NCBI GenBank assembly: GCA_048940925.1
Contig: JBHLOC010000016.1
Coordinates: 1 to 64,000 of the forward strand
Source of the DNA: Promethearchaeota archaeon
GTDB taxonomy: Archaea; Asgardarchaeota; Lokiarchaeia; Sigyniarchaeales; SOKP01
Length of the DNA: 64,000 nucleotides
Direction of reading: 5' to 3'
The notes beneath the pieces are model-generated. The model ran no database searches. It saw only the letters and a program-made list of their open reading frames with translations, and was not told the origin of the DNA. Numbering within the stretch: position 1 is the first letter of the stretch; each line of letters opens with the position of its first letter. Of the stretch, positions 38,814 to 48,811 are shown piece by piece. The position numbers and the translations under genes were made by a program.

Positions 38814-41800
38814 GTGTCTAAAATTTCATCTAAAGAAGAAGGCAAGATAAAACAAGGTACCATCGCAGAATATATGCGAAAAAGAACACAGCTTGTAGGT
38901 TTTGAGTTTGGATATTGGAAACATGTTCAATATTGTGCAGAATTTATAGATAACGCGCTTGATGCTATTGAAAGTTTTCAATGGAAGGAATTAAAAAGAA
39001 CTGATTCAAAAGTAAAATTCTCCTTAGATCAAGAATTATTTTTAGAGAAATTCTCTATAGTAGAAGAAGCAAAAGAAGAAAAAAAATCTCAACACCTAGA
39101 TGAGGAAGCAAAACATACCTTAATGCAAGAATTTGGTATTGAAACTACTGAAGTGCAACGGTCTACAGTCCAAGAATTAGAAGTAGAAGAAGAAGAATCT
39201 GGAGAAATTACAGATAAAGAAGAATTGGAAGTAGAAGAGGAGGTAAAAAGAATTATTGACGATATGCAGGAACTTATTAAACCTGTTGAATATATTATTG
39301 ATGTTGAACCAATTTGTATAGTTCGTATAAGAGAATTTGAAGCGCCCTCGTTTTTAACATCTGAAATAAGTCAAAAAAATGTTATGAGTTTTACTTTCGA
39401 AATTTTTGATAATGGAACTGGAATGTCAAAGATAGATTTAAGAAAATTTGGAAGATACTTAGCTTCATCAAAATCTATAGAACTTAAACAAACACGCGGA
39501 AGTCAAGGATTTGGTGCTCCTAGTGCATTTAGTGACGCTCAAAACACTACTGGCAGGCCTATTATCACTGTTTCAAAGACTGTTGATAATGTTTATGCAA
39601 CAGTAACCGAATTTTTCACAACTTCCAAAAATGAGAAAAAGTATTTAATTCACCCCTCAGAGATAGACAGTCCATTTCTTCATGGAACATACATCAAGTT
39701 AAATTATCTTAATGTAAAATACGTCAGGGGTTATGTTGAAAAATATATTGAAGAAACCGCATTTATGAACCCTCATATAACTATTATTTATATTGATCCG
39801 GAAGGAAAGGAAAAGATTTATCGAAGATTAGCTTCTTCTTTTCCCAAAGAACCCAAATACGCCAAACCACATCCTTCGTCTGTTAACATTGGAGATTTGC
39901 AGGATTTAATAACGAAGTCAGATAACAAAAATATTACCGCTTTCTTAAAAGAAAATTTTGTTAGAATTAGTTCTAGAACAGCCAAAGAAATTGTAGAATT
40001 AGCAGAAAAATTTCTTCAAGATAAATTAAACCTCTTGATTCTTGAAAAGGGTTTTGTAACTAAAGTTCAAAAAAAAATTGATAAAATATATTTCCTAAAA
40101 TTTGAAAAACGAGTATTTGGACGATCAAATAAACCAAGAGATAAATTAATTATATATGAAATTGAATCTTTAGATTTGAAAGAAGATTTTTGGAAATTTA
40201 TGGATGAATATAATAAAATTGATAAGAAACAGGAAAAGATTAATAAAGAGATAAGAAAACATAATAATCGAATTGAAAAATCTGAAACCCAAAGAGAAAT
40301 CAAAAACATTGAAAAAGAAGTAAAAAAGTTAATGAAAAATATAGATAATATTAAAAAAGAAAAAGAAAAATTAAAACTTCAAGTGAGTAATCTTTTTGAA
40401 ACTAAAAAAGATGGTTTAATTGAATTAAAAAAAATTAAAAATCGAAGTGATTTCGAAGATTTAGTTAATGAAGTTCAAATTTCTAAAGTCAAACCAATTG
40501 ATTTAACCAAAGAACAATTTAATTCTCTTTTTCTTGCTTTTAAATCTATAAAATACCTAGCACCACCTACAGACACAGCTATTCCTGTAGGTGATTCTAT
40601 CTTAGAGAACACACTAATTAAGGAAATTGGACTAAAAATCTCAGAAAATCTGGATGATTTTGATTTACCACTAGATAACATAAAACAAACAACTGAAATC
40701 TTATTAAAAGAAAAACACAAACTATTAAAAAATGAAGATCCTAAGATAAGGGAGAACATGATAAATAATATATCTATTGATTCTGATGAAATCATTAATA
40801 TAAGCTCTGAAATATTAGGAAGTATCGAAATTGTAGAGGGAAAAGAAGATGATGAACAATACACACAATATATTGATGATATTCTTACTTTTTCTGAATT
40901 AGAACCTATTGAAAGTTATACGAATTTATTTGAATATTTTATTGAGAATTATACTAGAGATGATGATTTTGTCGCTGCTGAAACAAGAGCTCCGACAAGT
41001 GGAAAAGGTTTAGCTTATGTTGTTGAAGCTGTATTGGCTTATTCTAGAAATATTGAAATACCAAAACGTTCTAGAGATGTTTTATCAAGATTTGTAAACA
41101 GAACTCCTAAACTTAGAGATAGCGCAGATTGTGCTATAACTAAAGCAGTTCAATCAGTAAATTGGAAAAATTATAATTTAGATACATATGATAATGGACT
41201 CCCAAAGGGACCAATTAAATTATTGGTTAATGTTTCTGGTCCTTTTGTTCATTTAATGTTTAAATCTCAATCAAAAAACGCTTTAGCTGATGACGAAGAT
41301 TTAATTAAAGAAATTAAATATTGTCTTGAAGCAATTGGGAGAAGATTACGTGTCTATCTTAATAGAAAAGCGAGTCTTCGTAAAACTGAGAAAAGAGCTA
41401 GTTTAATTGACAAATATATACCTATTTTCGTTGAAAGCATTTATAATATTGCAACACAGGGTAATAGCATATATAAAGCGAAGATTAATGTAAAAGAATT
41501 AGAAGATTTAATGAGAGGGGCAATTGGTAAAAAACCTGCACCTAAAGCTTTAAAAGAGCCAGAATTACCTTCTAAAACCGAAACCATAGAGAAAGAACTA
41601 AAAAAAGAAGAAATCAAGCCAGAAGAACCTAAAGAAACTGAAGTAATTAGTGCAGTAAAACCAATAAAAGAAAAAATACATATTGAAAAACCCCAAATTT
41701 CCAAGAAAACTCTGTTGAATTGGAATGTAAAAGAACTTAGAGATTATTGTAATGAAAGCAATATTTATGTTCCATCTAAAGCTAGAAAGGCTGAAATCAT

Positions 41801-42188
41801 AGAAAAAATATTAAAATCATTTGCTGAAGAAAGAGTAATAGAAAAACCAGAAATAATACCTGTAGAAAAACAAATAGTCTCCAAGAAGATTGCTGTAATG
41901 AAACCCTCAAAAAAACCTGCAATTGCTCAAGAAATAATAAAGCCAAAACCTAAACCAAAACTAGCCAAAACACAACCAACTCAAACAACATTACCAGTCA
42001 TAACAACTGATAAAATACTAGAAGCATTATCAGATGAGTGGCAAACCATTAAACATCTTATATTTAAATTAAAAATTAAGGATATGATGGATGCTAGATA
42101 TCTTCAACTCAAACTCAAAGAATTAGAACGTAAAGGAGAAGTTTTAGTAGAAATTAAGATGGGTAGAAAGCATTGGAAATTAAAATAG
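38814..42188 (+). CDS. top6B: DNA topoisomerase VI subunit B, greatly enlarged (1124 aa)
   Basis: GHKL EFIDNALDA, DNGTGM, TRGSQGFG, HGT; KPHP; RFVNRTP; FKSQSK; adjacent to top6A. Confidence 0.92.
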   Translation: MSKISSKEEGKIKQGTIAEYMRKRTQLVGFEFGYWKHVQYCAEFIDNALDAIESFQWKELKRTDSKVKFSLDQELFLEKFSIVEEAKEEKKSQHLDEEAKHTLMQEFGIETTEVQRSTVQELEVEEEESGEITDKEELEVEEEVKRIIDDMQELIKPVEYIIDVEPICIVRIREFEAPSFLTSEISQKNVMSFTFEIFDNGTGMSKIDLRKFGRYLASSKSIELKQTRGSQGFGAPSAFSDAQNTTGRPIITVSKTVDNVYATVTEFFTTSKNEKKYLIHPSEIDSPFLHGTYIKLNYLNVKYVRGYVEKYIEETAFMNPHITIIYIDPEGKEKIYRRLASSFPKEPKYAKPHPSSVNIGDLQDLITKSDNKNITAFLKENFVRISSRTAKEIVELAEKFLQDKLNLLILEKGFVTKVQKKIDKIYFLKFEKRVFGRSNKPRDKLIIYEIESLDLKEDFWKFMDEYNKIDKKQEKINKEIRKHNNRIEKSETQREIKNIEKEVKKLMKNIDNIKKEKEKLKLQVSNLFETKKDGLIELKKIKNRSDFEDLVNEVQISKVKPIDLTKEQFNSLFLAFKSIKYLAPPTDTAIPVGDSILENTLIKEIGLKISENLDDFDLPLDNIKQTTEILLKEKHKLLKNEDPKIRENMINNISIDSDEIINISSEILGSIEIVEGKEDDEQYTQYIDDILTFSELEPIESYTNLFEYFIENYTRDDDFVAAETRAPTSGKGLAYVVEAVLAYSRNIEIPKRSRDVLSRFVNRTPKLRDSADCAITKAVQSVNWKNYNLDTYDNGLPKGPIKLLVNVSGPFVHLMFKSQSKNALADDEDLIKEIKYCLEAIGRRLRVYLNRKASLRKTEKRASLIDKYIPIFVESIYNIATQGNSIYKAKINVKELEDLMRGAIGKKPAPKALKEPELPSKTETIEKELKKEEIKPEEPKETEVISAVKPIKEKIHIEKPQISKKTLLNWNVKELRDYCNESNIYVPSKARKAEIIEKILKSFAEERVIEKPEIIPVEKQIVSKKIAVMKPSKKPAIAQEIIKPKPKPKLAKTQPTQTTLPVITTDKILEALSDEWQTIKHLIFKLKIKDMMDARYLQLKLKELERKGEVLVEIKMGRKHWKLK

Positions 42189-42203
42189 AAAGGGTGAATA
42201 ATT

Positions 42204-43391
42204 ATGAGTGAAAAAGCAAAAAGTAAAGAATGGGATTTAAAGGCTGCTAAAAGTTTGTTTAATGAATATTTAGAGAAAGGAAGTGAAGATAAACCTATTG
42301 AACTCCCTCCTGATACCGTTAAAATAGATGATCTTAAAAGAAAAGAAGCTCTTGAAAGATTATATTTATTGATTGATGATGTGTTAAAAAAAATATATGA
42401 TACAGGTCGTCCATCTATACAACTTCCTTCAAGAACAAGTTCAAATATTATTTGGGATGAAGAAAATGATTTATTACTTCTTGGTAAGCAAATAATGGAA
42501 AAACAGTTTCACTCACTTACAAGTGTGGCAGACATTACACGGTTAATAAAAGTGTTAGAAAAGGTTAATGAGTTATTGATAAAAGATTTACATGCTACCA
42601 AAAGAGAAATTTTTTATTCTGATGTTAAATTATTCCAAGATCAAAAAAACAGTGATAAGAGCATTGAAGATGTTGCTACTATGCTTTATACTACTAGAAA
42701 CGCTACTCACATTGTAGCTTCAGCCAAGGGTTCCTGTATTGGCAGACTTAGAATTAGAGATAAAAATGATATTATCGATTTAGAAGGATTGGGCAGTGGA
42801 GGGTGGACAATAAGCCCAATGCTCGATAATATTGAAATAATTGAATCAGATGCGGAGTTCATAATTGTTGTAGAGAAAGATGCAGCTATGATAAGGTTAT
42901 CAGAAGCTCGCTTTTGGCGAAAATATCCATGTATTATATTGACGGCAAAGGGTGCCGCTGATATTGCAACCAGAATGTTTTTAAGAAAATTAAGTAAAGA
43001 TTTAAATCTCCCAGTTTTTAGTTTAGTTGATAGTGATCCATATGGTCATTATATTCATTCAGTTTATCTAAGAGGATCAAAACGATTAAGTTATGAATCT
43101 CCATTTCTAGCTACGCCAGATATTAAATTATTAGGAGTTTTAACCAGAGATTTAGATAAATATAATGTACCAAATGATTGTAGACTTTCAATGAACAAAA
43201 TGGATATTAAAAGGACAAAAGAACTTCTTAAGGAAGATTTTGTCATAAAAAATAAACAGTGGGAACAAGATCTTAAATTAGCACTTAATTTAAAGATTAA
43301 AGCAGAAATTCAAGCGTTATCGTCACATGGATTTGAATTCTTAACTGATGAATATTTACCAGAAAAATTAACCACGGGTGATTGGATATGA
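42204..43391 (+). CDS. top6A: DNA topoisomerase VI subunit A (Spo11 homolog)
   Basis: TKREIFY (catalytic Tyr), VEKDA, DSDPYG, KAEIQAL; SD GGTGA 6 nt upstream. Confidence 0.96.
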   Translation: MSEKAKSKEWDLKAAKSLFNEYLEKGSEDKPIELPPDTVKIDDLKRKEALERLYLLIDDVLKKIYDTGRPSIQLPSRTSSNIIWDEENDLLLLGKQIMEKQFHSLTSVADITRLIKVLEKVNELLIKDLHATKREIFYSDVKLFQDQKNSDKSIEDVATMLYTTRNATHIVASAKGSCIGRLRIRDKNDIIDLEGLGSGGWTISPMLDNIEIIESDAEFIIVVEKDAAMIRLSEARFWRKYPCIILTAKGAADIATRMFLRKLSKDLNLPVFSLVDSDPYGHYIHSVYLRGSKRLSYESPFLATPDIKLLGVLTRDLDKYNVPNDCRLSMNKMDIKRTKELLKEDFVIKNKQWEQDLKLALNLKIKAEIQALSSHGFEFLTDEYLPEKLTTGDWI

Positions 43392-43906
43392 AAATTTTTC
43401 TTAAAAAAGATGGTGGAGCTGTTCAATTAATTGATAAAGAAAAAATGCAAGAATGGCCTGTTGAACTTCCCTTAATTTTTATTGAATACATTCGAAATAA
43501 TCAATTAAAAAATTATGATGATGCGAAAGTAAGAGTAGAATTAGAGAAGTACCTTGATGAAATTTTAAAAGACGTGGCAATACCTAGATTGATAGGCGTC
43601 TTAGAAGGAAACAATATAGAAGAAATCATTTTAGCTCTAACGAGAATTGAAGAAATTTCAAAAAATAAAATTGAAATGGTTAAACCAATTAAACCTTATT
43701 TGGAAAAATTATCGGAGATGAAAAATACTCAAATTATTAAATTAACCCAAAAGATTTCAAATAATTTTCAAAAAGCAGAGAGAAGAAAAGAGTTAATAAA
43801 AAAAAGAAAAATAATGCGCGAGAAAGAGAAATTATTCTTAGAAGGAAAAATAAATGGACAAGAATATGCAAATGCTAGAAAGGAATATTTAACATTGAAA
43901 GATTAA
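43388..43906 (+). CDS. hypothetical protein with HEAT-like repeat and C-terminal SHOCT-like motif, translationally coupled to top6A
   Basis: ATGA overlap at 43388-43391; AIPRLIGVLEGNNIEEIILAL; LEGKINGQEYANARKEYL. Confidence 0.65.
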   Translation: MKIFLKKDGGAVQLIDKEKMQEWPVELPLIFIEYIRNNQLKNYDDAKVRVELEKYLDEILKDVAIPRLIGVLEGNNIEEIILALTRIEEISKNKIEMVKPIKPYLEKLSEMKNTQIIKLTQKISNNFQKAERRKELIKKRKIMREKEKLFLEGKINGQEYANARKEYLTLKD

Positions 43907-43917
43907 TTTTAATTCAT

Positions 43918-44598
43918 ATGAATTGGGAAAAAGAAAAAATAAATTATAATAATTTTATTATTGAAAACAAAGTAATTGGTTTATTTAAGGAACCAATAGT
44001 ATTGAAATCAGGTAGAGAATCATACTGGTATGTTAATTGGAGAAATATAGCTTCTGATGTCTATTTACTTGATAAATTAACTGATTATTTACTGTCCTAT
44101 ACAGATTACTTAGATCTTAAACCTAATTGTTTTTATGGAGTACCAGAAGGGGCAAGTAAATTAGGAATTATAACCCAATATAAGTGGGCAAAAAGGCATA
44201 AGATTTACAATGCTGGACTTTATACTTTATCAATGGGGAGAGGGCTAAAAAAAGAGCATGGTGACCCGAAAGATAGAGTTTTTTTAGGAACCCCCAATGG
44301 TAAAGTTATAATTTTAGAAGATGTGGTGACAACTGGTGATTCACTGGTTGGAACTATTAAAGAATTAAAGAAAATAGGTATTAACCCTGTCGCTGCTCTT
44401 GTATTGACTGATAGAAACGAGTTACGAGATGATGGCAAGAGTGTAGAAGAAATTATCCTAGAACAAGATGTTAAATATTATGCGATGAGTAATGCTAAAG
44501 AATTACTACCAAAACTTAAATTAGATAAAGAAATAGCGAAAAAAATAGAAGGATACTATAAAAAATATGGCTCTGAAGAGATTATACTAACCAATTAA
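43918..44598 (+). CDS. pyrE: orotate phosphoribosyltransferase
   Basis: LKSGRESYWYVNWR, KKEHG, ILEDVVTTGDS PRPP-binding loop. Confidence 0.85.
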   Translation: MNWEKEKINYNNFIIENKVIGLFKEPIVLKSGRESYWYVNWRNIASDVYLLDKLTDYLLSYTDYLDLKPNCFYGVPEGASKLGIITQYKWAKRHKIYNAGLYTLSMGRGLKKEHGDPKDRVFLGTPNGKVIILEDVVTTGDSLVGTIKELKKIGINPVAALVLTDRNELRDDGKSVEEIILEQDVKYYAMSNAKELLPKLKLDKEIAKKIEGYYKKYGSEEIILTN

Positions 44599-44622
44599 CT
44601 ATAAGAGAGATATTAATACCAT

Positions 44623-45195
44623 TTATGTGTTTGTTAAAAAAAAATCTCGCCAGATTTTTATCAAATTATAAATAAATTTATAAAGTAACTTTTCAGATAT
44701 TGTTAACCTTCTCTCATCTTCCAATGATAATTCTGCTTTGGATAACTTCAATAATTTAAGTAATCTTGTATCAATTACGCTTGCTGTATATGAATTAAAT
44801 CTATCAAGATCAATTACTGGCTTTTTTTTGAGTTTAATATCATTTTCTATAAATATTTTGAACTCCTTAATTTTGGTCAATAAGTAATTATTATCCAATC
44901 TAATCAATTTAGGGTCATCTTTTTCCCTTATAGCATATCGTTGAACATCAACACTATCACATTTATCAGACTCATCTACTTTTAAGATCTCATCTTCAAT
45001 AAAAGGAATAGCAGAAAACATTTTTAGCTTATATTTTTTTCCTTTTTCAAAAGGACCAAAAGATTCCCCTAATAAAGTAAACCCGTTATGACTTTTAATA
45101 CAATCTGTATTAATTTTTTCATTTTTAAAACTAAATTTAATTCTATTTAGTGAACTTGCTAATTGGTCTTCGAACTTTTCCAATAATTCTCTCAC
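44623..45195 (-). CDS. GINS complex subunit, Gins23/Psf2-like (B-A domain order)
   Basis: N-terminal FGPFEKGKKYKL beta domain; C-terminal RLLKLLKLS...LTISEKLLY..I...IKIWR; near mcm. Confidence 0.68.
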   Translation of the reverse strand: MRELLEKFEDQLASSLNRIKFSFKNEKINTDCIKSHNGFTLLGESFGPFEKGKKYKLKMFSAIPFIEDEILKVDESDKCDSVDVQRYAIREKDDPKLIRLDNNYLLTKIKEFKIFIENDIKLKKKPVIDLDRFNSYTASVIDTRLLKLLKLSKAELSLEDERRLTISEKLLYKFIYNLIKIWRDFFLTNT

Positions 45196-45290
45196 CAGAT
45201 TTAATAAATTAAAAAATCTTTATATAATATACAGAAGTATTTCAAGAGAATTAAATATCATATTAAATTATTAATATTCTACCGATTTGA

Positions 45291-48200
45291 GTGATATTAT
45301 TGATTTTAGAAATAATTTTACTTATAATATTTATTGCCTTTTTCATTTTTGGTTTTTATATAATTTTCAGACAAGTTTCATTAGTTAAGAAAGGCGAATT
45401 CAATATAAAAGATCGTCTTCAATGTGTGGTTTATGGAATCATTTTTAGTATGGCAGTTATGGTTGTAATTACAGTTGCCTTTATATTCACCGTAAAAACA
45501 CCCGAATTTTGGGAAACAACGCCCCCCGAAGTACATCCATTAGCATTACTTATACCTTTTACATTCTGTTTAGTTTATATTTCATTATACCCCCTTGTCG
45601 ATTTTCTTTATATTGCTTTAAGTAAAGAGTCAGATGAGGGTTTAACACCCTTTCATAAATTTATTAGTGAACATATAATTAATAGATTTAAGAAAAAATC
45701 TCTTGCAATCATATTTGCTATAATCTTTTTTGCTTTAGTTTTTTTTCTAACTCCTCTTCTTTTAGTACTTATTGGATTGCCTTTTATAATTGGATGGTTA
45801 ACTTTTGTGCTTATATACCCTTTAATGATATTAACATATTATGGTTCTAAGGGATATATTGCTGGAATTTCAAATGTTTATTATCATATTCCCGATATAA
45901 GAAGGTCTATATTTCTTAATTTTGAAGATAGTAAGAGAGGAATGAAGCAATTTGCTTCTAATCCAGGACCATATATTGTTTTTGGATTAATGTTATTTGT
46001 TTTTATATGGGCATGGTTTTCTTTAATCCAAACAATTGCTTTCTTTTTTACAAAATCTCTAGCAATATCAACAATGTCTTCCATATTTGTATTTGTAACC
46101 CTTTTTTTTGGAATAATGGGATATTTCACCCGTTTTTGGGGAAGAAAGATAAAATATCGAGGAATAGATATTTATTTTGCTGCTTATCTTATGGCAGCGA
46201 TAGGAATTAATGTTTTAGTCAATTTTTTAATAGTAAATCCAAATAAATTATTTTATACTTTTAATTTATGGAATTTAACGAACCAAATAGTACCCAATTA
46301 TTATTTATTAGCTTGGGCAGCAGCAATTGAAGAAATAGTATTAGTTATTTTCACATCATATTACTTTTTAGCTAAAAAAAATGAATTTTTAAGAAATATT
46401 CGTTATTCCAGTATCACTAAAAGTGGTCAAACCTTTGATCCAATCCCATTATTTAACCTTATCAAAAATCAAGATCTTAAAATAAGAAAACATGCAGAAG
46501 AAACTCTAATTTTAATGTTTGAAAGAATTCCTCTTAAATCTGATATAAATCTAAATGAATGGAAATATAAATATTTAATATTTGATGGGTTATGTGATTC
46601 TGATCCAAATTCAAGAAGAATATCTTACAAAATTTTGACCCAATTAGAGGAAGATGTTCCAGATATTATATTACCTTGGATAATTGAATCATTAAAATCT
46701 CCAAATTATGATAAAAGTATCCCAATATTAAGATCTTTATTAACAATAGATATAAATCTTTTAGAAAAATTACCAAATGATTTGATCCTTAGTCTTATTG
46801 AAGATACTGAATGGAGAACTCGAATATTAGGATTGAAAGTAATATCTCGATTACTTGATAAAAATAAAGATTTAATTGAATATTTAAATATTATAAAATT
46901 AATAAATGACCCCAATAGTAAAGTTCAAGTAGAAATTCTTAAAATCATTTCTAATTCTTCTTTGATACTCCCTATTGAAATAATATTTGATAAAATTAAT
47001 CATTCAAATAAGGAAATTAGCTCAATAGCTATTAAAAGCTTAAAAAATCTTGAAATAAAGGAATTTGATCCTAAATTAGTTCCACAAATCGTTCCATTAA
47101 TGAAAGATCCTTCTAGTTTAATTAGATCATCCATATTTGGTGTATTTGCCAAAATTGGAAATTTTAAAAAGTATAAAATTCCAATTTTACCATTTTTAGA
47201 AGGATTAACTGATTCTAATGAAAATGTTAGAAATTCTGCAGTATTAGCACTTGAAAAATATTATACCGAACAACCTTCTTCCTTAGATCTAGATTTAATA
47301 ATAAATAAAATTGATCCAAATAATTATGATCAGTTGAACAGTATTATAATTTTACTTGGTAAACTATGGGAATTTAATCCGGAAAAAATATTAATGACAT
47401 TATTAAATTACATAAAAATTGAAAGTGAAAAATTACAAGAAGATATTTCTAAAATCCTAATTGAAAAATATATCAAAAATCCCGATTTGATAATTGGAAA
47501 TTTAATTAAAGTTCCCGATATTTCTAAACATATTACTAAGGGTATAATATCAAGAACAATAATTAATATTGGTAAAAGATATCCTAATAAAGTAATTCAA
47601 AAGTTACTCTCTTATCTGCAAAATGAAAATGACAACATAAGACTAAATGCTATTATCTCACTAGAAGGATTAGTTGATGAGTTCAATATAATTATTGAAA
47701 TAAAACCAATAATAGCATTATTACAAACCGATAAAAATAATCAAATAAAGAAGGAAGCTTCAAAAGTTATATCGGAAATTGCTAAGAATGATCCTTCTTT
47801 AATAAAACCATTTATTTCTGAATTTATTCAAGCATTTAATAAACAAGAATTATCAGTAAAGATCGTTCTTTCTAAATCATTATTAGATATAGCAAAAGTT
47901 TCTCCAGAAATTATTCCTATTAGTAATATTATTAACTTTATTTCAGATTCAGATTCTTTCATTCGTGAGACAAATACAAAAATTTTAGGATTAATAGGAT
48001 ATAAACTTCCTTTACCTGTTATAGACGTTTTAATAAATCAAGCTTTAAAAGATGAAGAATGGATTGTCAGAGAAGCAGCCATTTCAAGTTTAGGAAAAAT
48101 AATTGAACATGTAGAGAAAAAGGAACATATTATTAAGAAACTTATTCCCTTACTTAAAGATGATCAAAATTGGGTCCGTAGAACTACAATGAACATTTTA

Positions 48201-48638
48201 TCAAATATTAAGGAAGTCAATGAAAAACAAATACCGTTTGAGATCATACTTCAAAATCTATCCAGCGAAGACTCTAAAGTTAGGGAAGCAGCAGCAAACT
48301 TAATTAAAATATATTGGAATCAAATTAATGATATATTCGATCACCTAGTTCTATTATTAGATGACTCCTCTAAAGAAGTAAGATCAAGTATAATCAATAG
48401 TTTTGTAGAGATAATTCAAAAGTTAGGACTTAATCAAATATTGTCAAATTTATTAAAGAATCTTAGTGATGAAGGTTCCCTAGAAAGTCAACGTTCAATA
48501 GCAATAATTCTTGGTAGAACTGTGAAATATGAAGATGAAAAAATTAAGAAAAGAGTTATATCTTTATTAAAAATAAGATGTGAAATGAGTCAAGATCCAG
48601 TAATTTGTGGAATTCTTCAACAATTAAAAGAAAATTGA
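45291..48638 (+). CDS. polytopic membrane protein (~8-9 TM) fused to a long C-terminal HEAT-repeat solenoid
   Basis: Hydrophobic helices in aa 1-360; repeated L.D....VR..A...L units from aa ~385 to the end. Confidence 0.85.
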   Translation: MILLILEIILLIIFIAFFIFGFYIIFRQVSLVKKGEFNIKDRLQCVVYGIIFSMAVMVVITVAFIFTVKTPEFWETTPPEVHPLALLIPFTFCLVYISLYPLVDFLYIALSKESDEGLTPFHKFISEHIINRFKKKSLAIIFAIIFFALVFFLTPLLLVLIGLPFIIGWLTFVLIYPLMILTYYGSKGYIAGISNVYYHIPDIRRSIFLNFEDSKRGMKQFASNPGPYIVFGLMLFVFIWAWFSLIQTIAFFFTKSLAISTMSSIFVFVTLFFGIMGYFTRFWGRKIKYRGIDIYFAAYLMAAIGINVLVNFLIVNPNKLFYTFNLWNLTNQIVPNYYLLAWAAAIEEIVLVIFTSYYFLAKKNEFLRNIRYSSITKSGQTFDPIPLFNLIKNQDLKIRKHAEETLILMFERIPLKSDINLNEWKYKYLIFDGLCDSDPNSRRISYKILTQLEEDVPDIILPWIIESLKSPNYDKSIPILRSLLTIDINLLEKLPNDLILSLIEDTEWRTRILGLKVISRLLDKNKDLIEYLNIIKLINDPNSKVQVEILKIISNSSLILPIEIIFDKINHSNKEISSIAIKSLKNLEIKEFDPKLVPQIVPLMKDPSSLIRSSIFGVFAKIGNFKKYKIPILPFLEGLTDSNENVRNSAVLALEKYYTEQPSSLDLDLIINKIDPNNYDQLNSIIILLGKLWEFNPEKILMTLLNYIKIESEKLQEDISKILIEKYIKNPDLIIGNLIKVPDISKHITKGIISRTIINIGKRYPNKVIQKLLSYLQNENDNIRLNAIISLEGLVDEFNIIIEIKPIIALLQTDKNNQIKKEASKVISEIAKNDPSLIKPFISEFIQAFNKQELSVKIVLSKSLLDIAKVSPEIIPISNIINFISDSDSFIRETNTKILGLIGYKLPLPVIDVLINQALKDEEWIVREAAISSLGKIIEHVEKKEHIIKKLIPLLKDDQNWVRRTTMNILSNIKEVNEKQIPFEIILQNLSSEDSKVREAAANLIKIYWNQINDIFDHLVLLLDDSSKEVRSSIINSFVEIIQKLGLNQILSNLLKNLSDEGSLESQRSIAIILGRTVKYEDEKIKKRVISLLKIRCEMSQDPVICGILQQLKEN

Positions 48639-48811
48639 GACCAAATTTATTTTTAGTAAGTAGAAAAACTAAAAATCAATAAATCCTCCACCTGTCTTTT
48701 GGTTTATATAATTATTTATTTACACTTTAATAAAATTATGTGATTAATACTAAGGATTATAAAATTATCAAAATTAATTTAGGCAAATTGAAAAAAGTGA
48801 TATGATTATTA

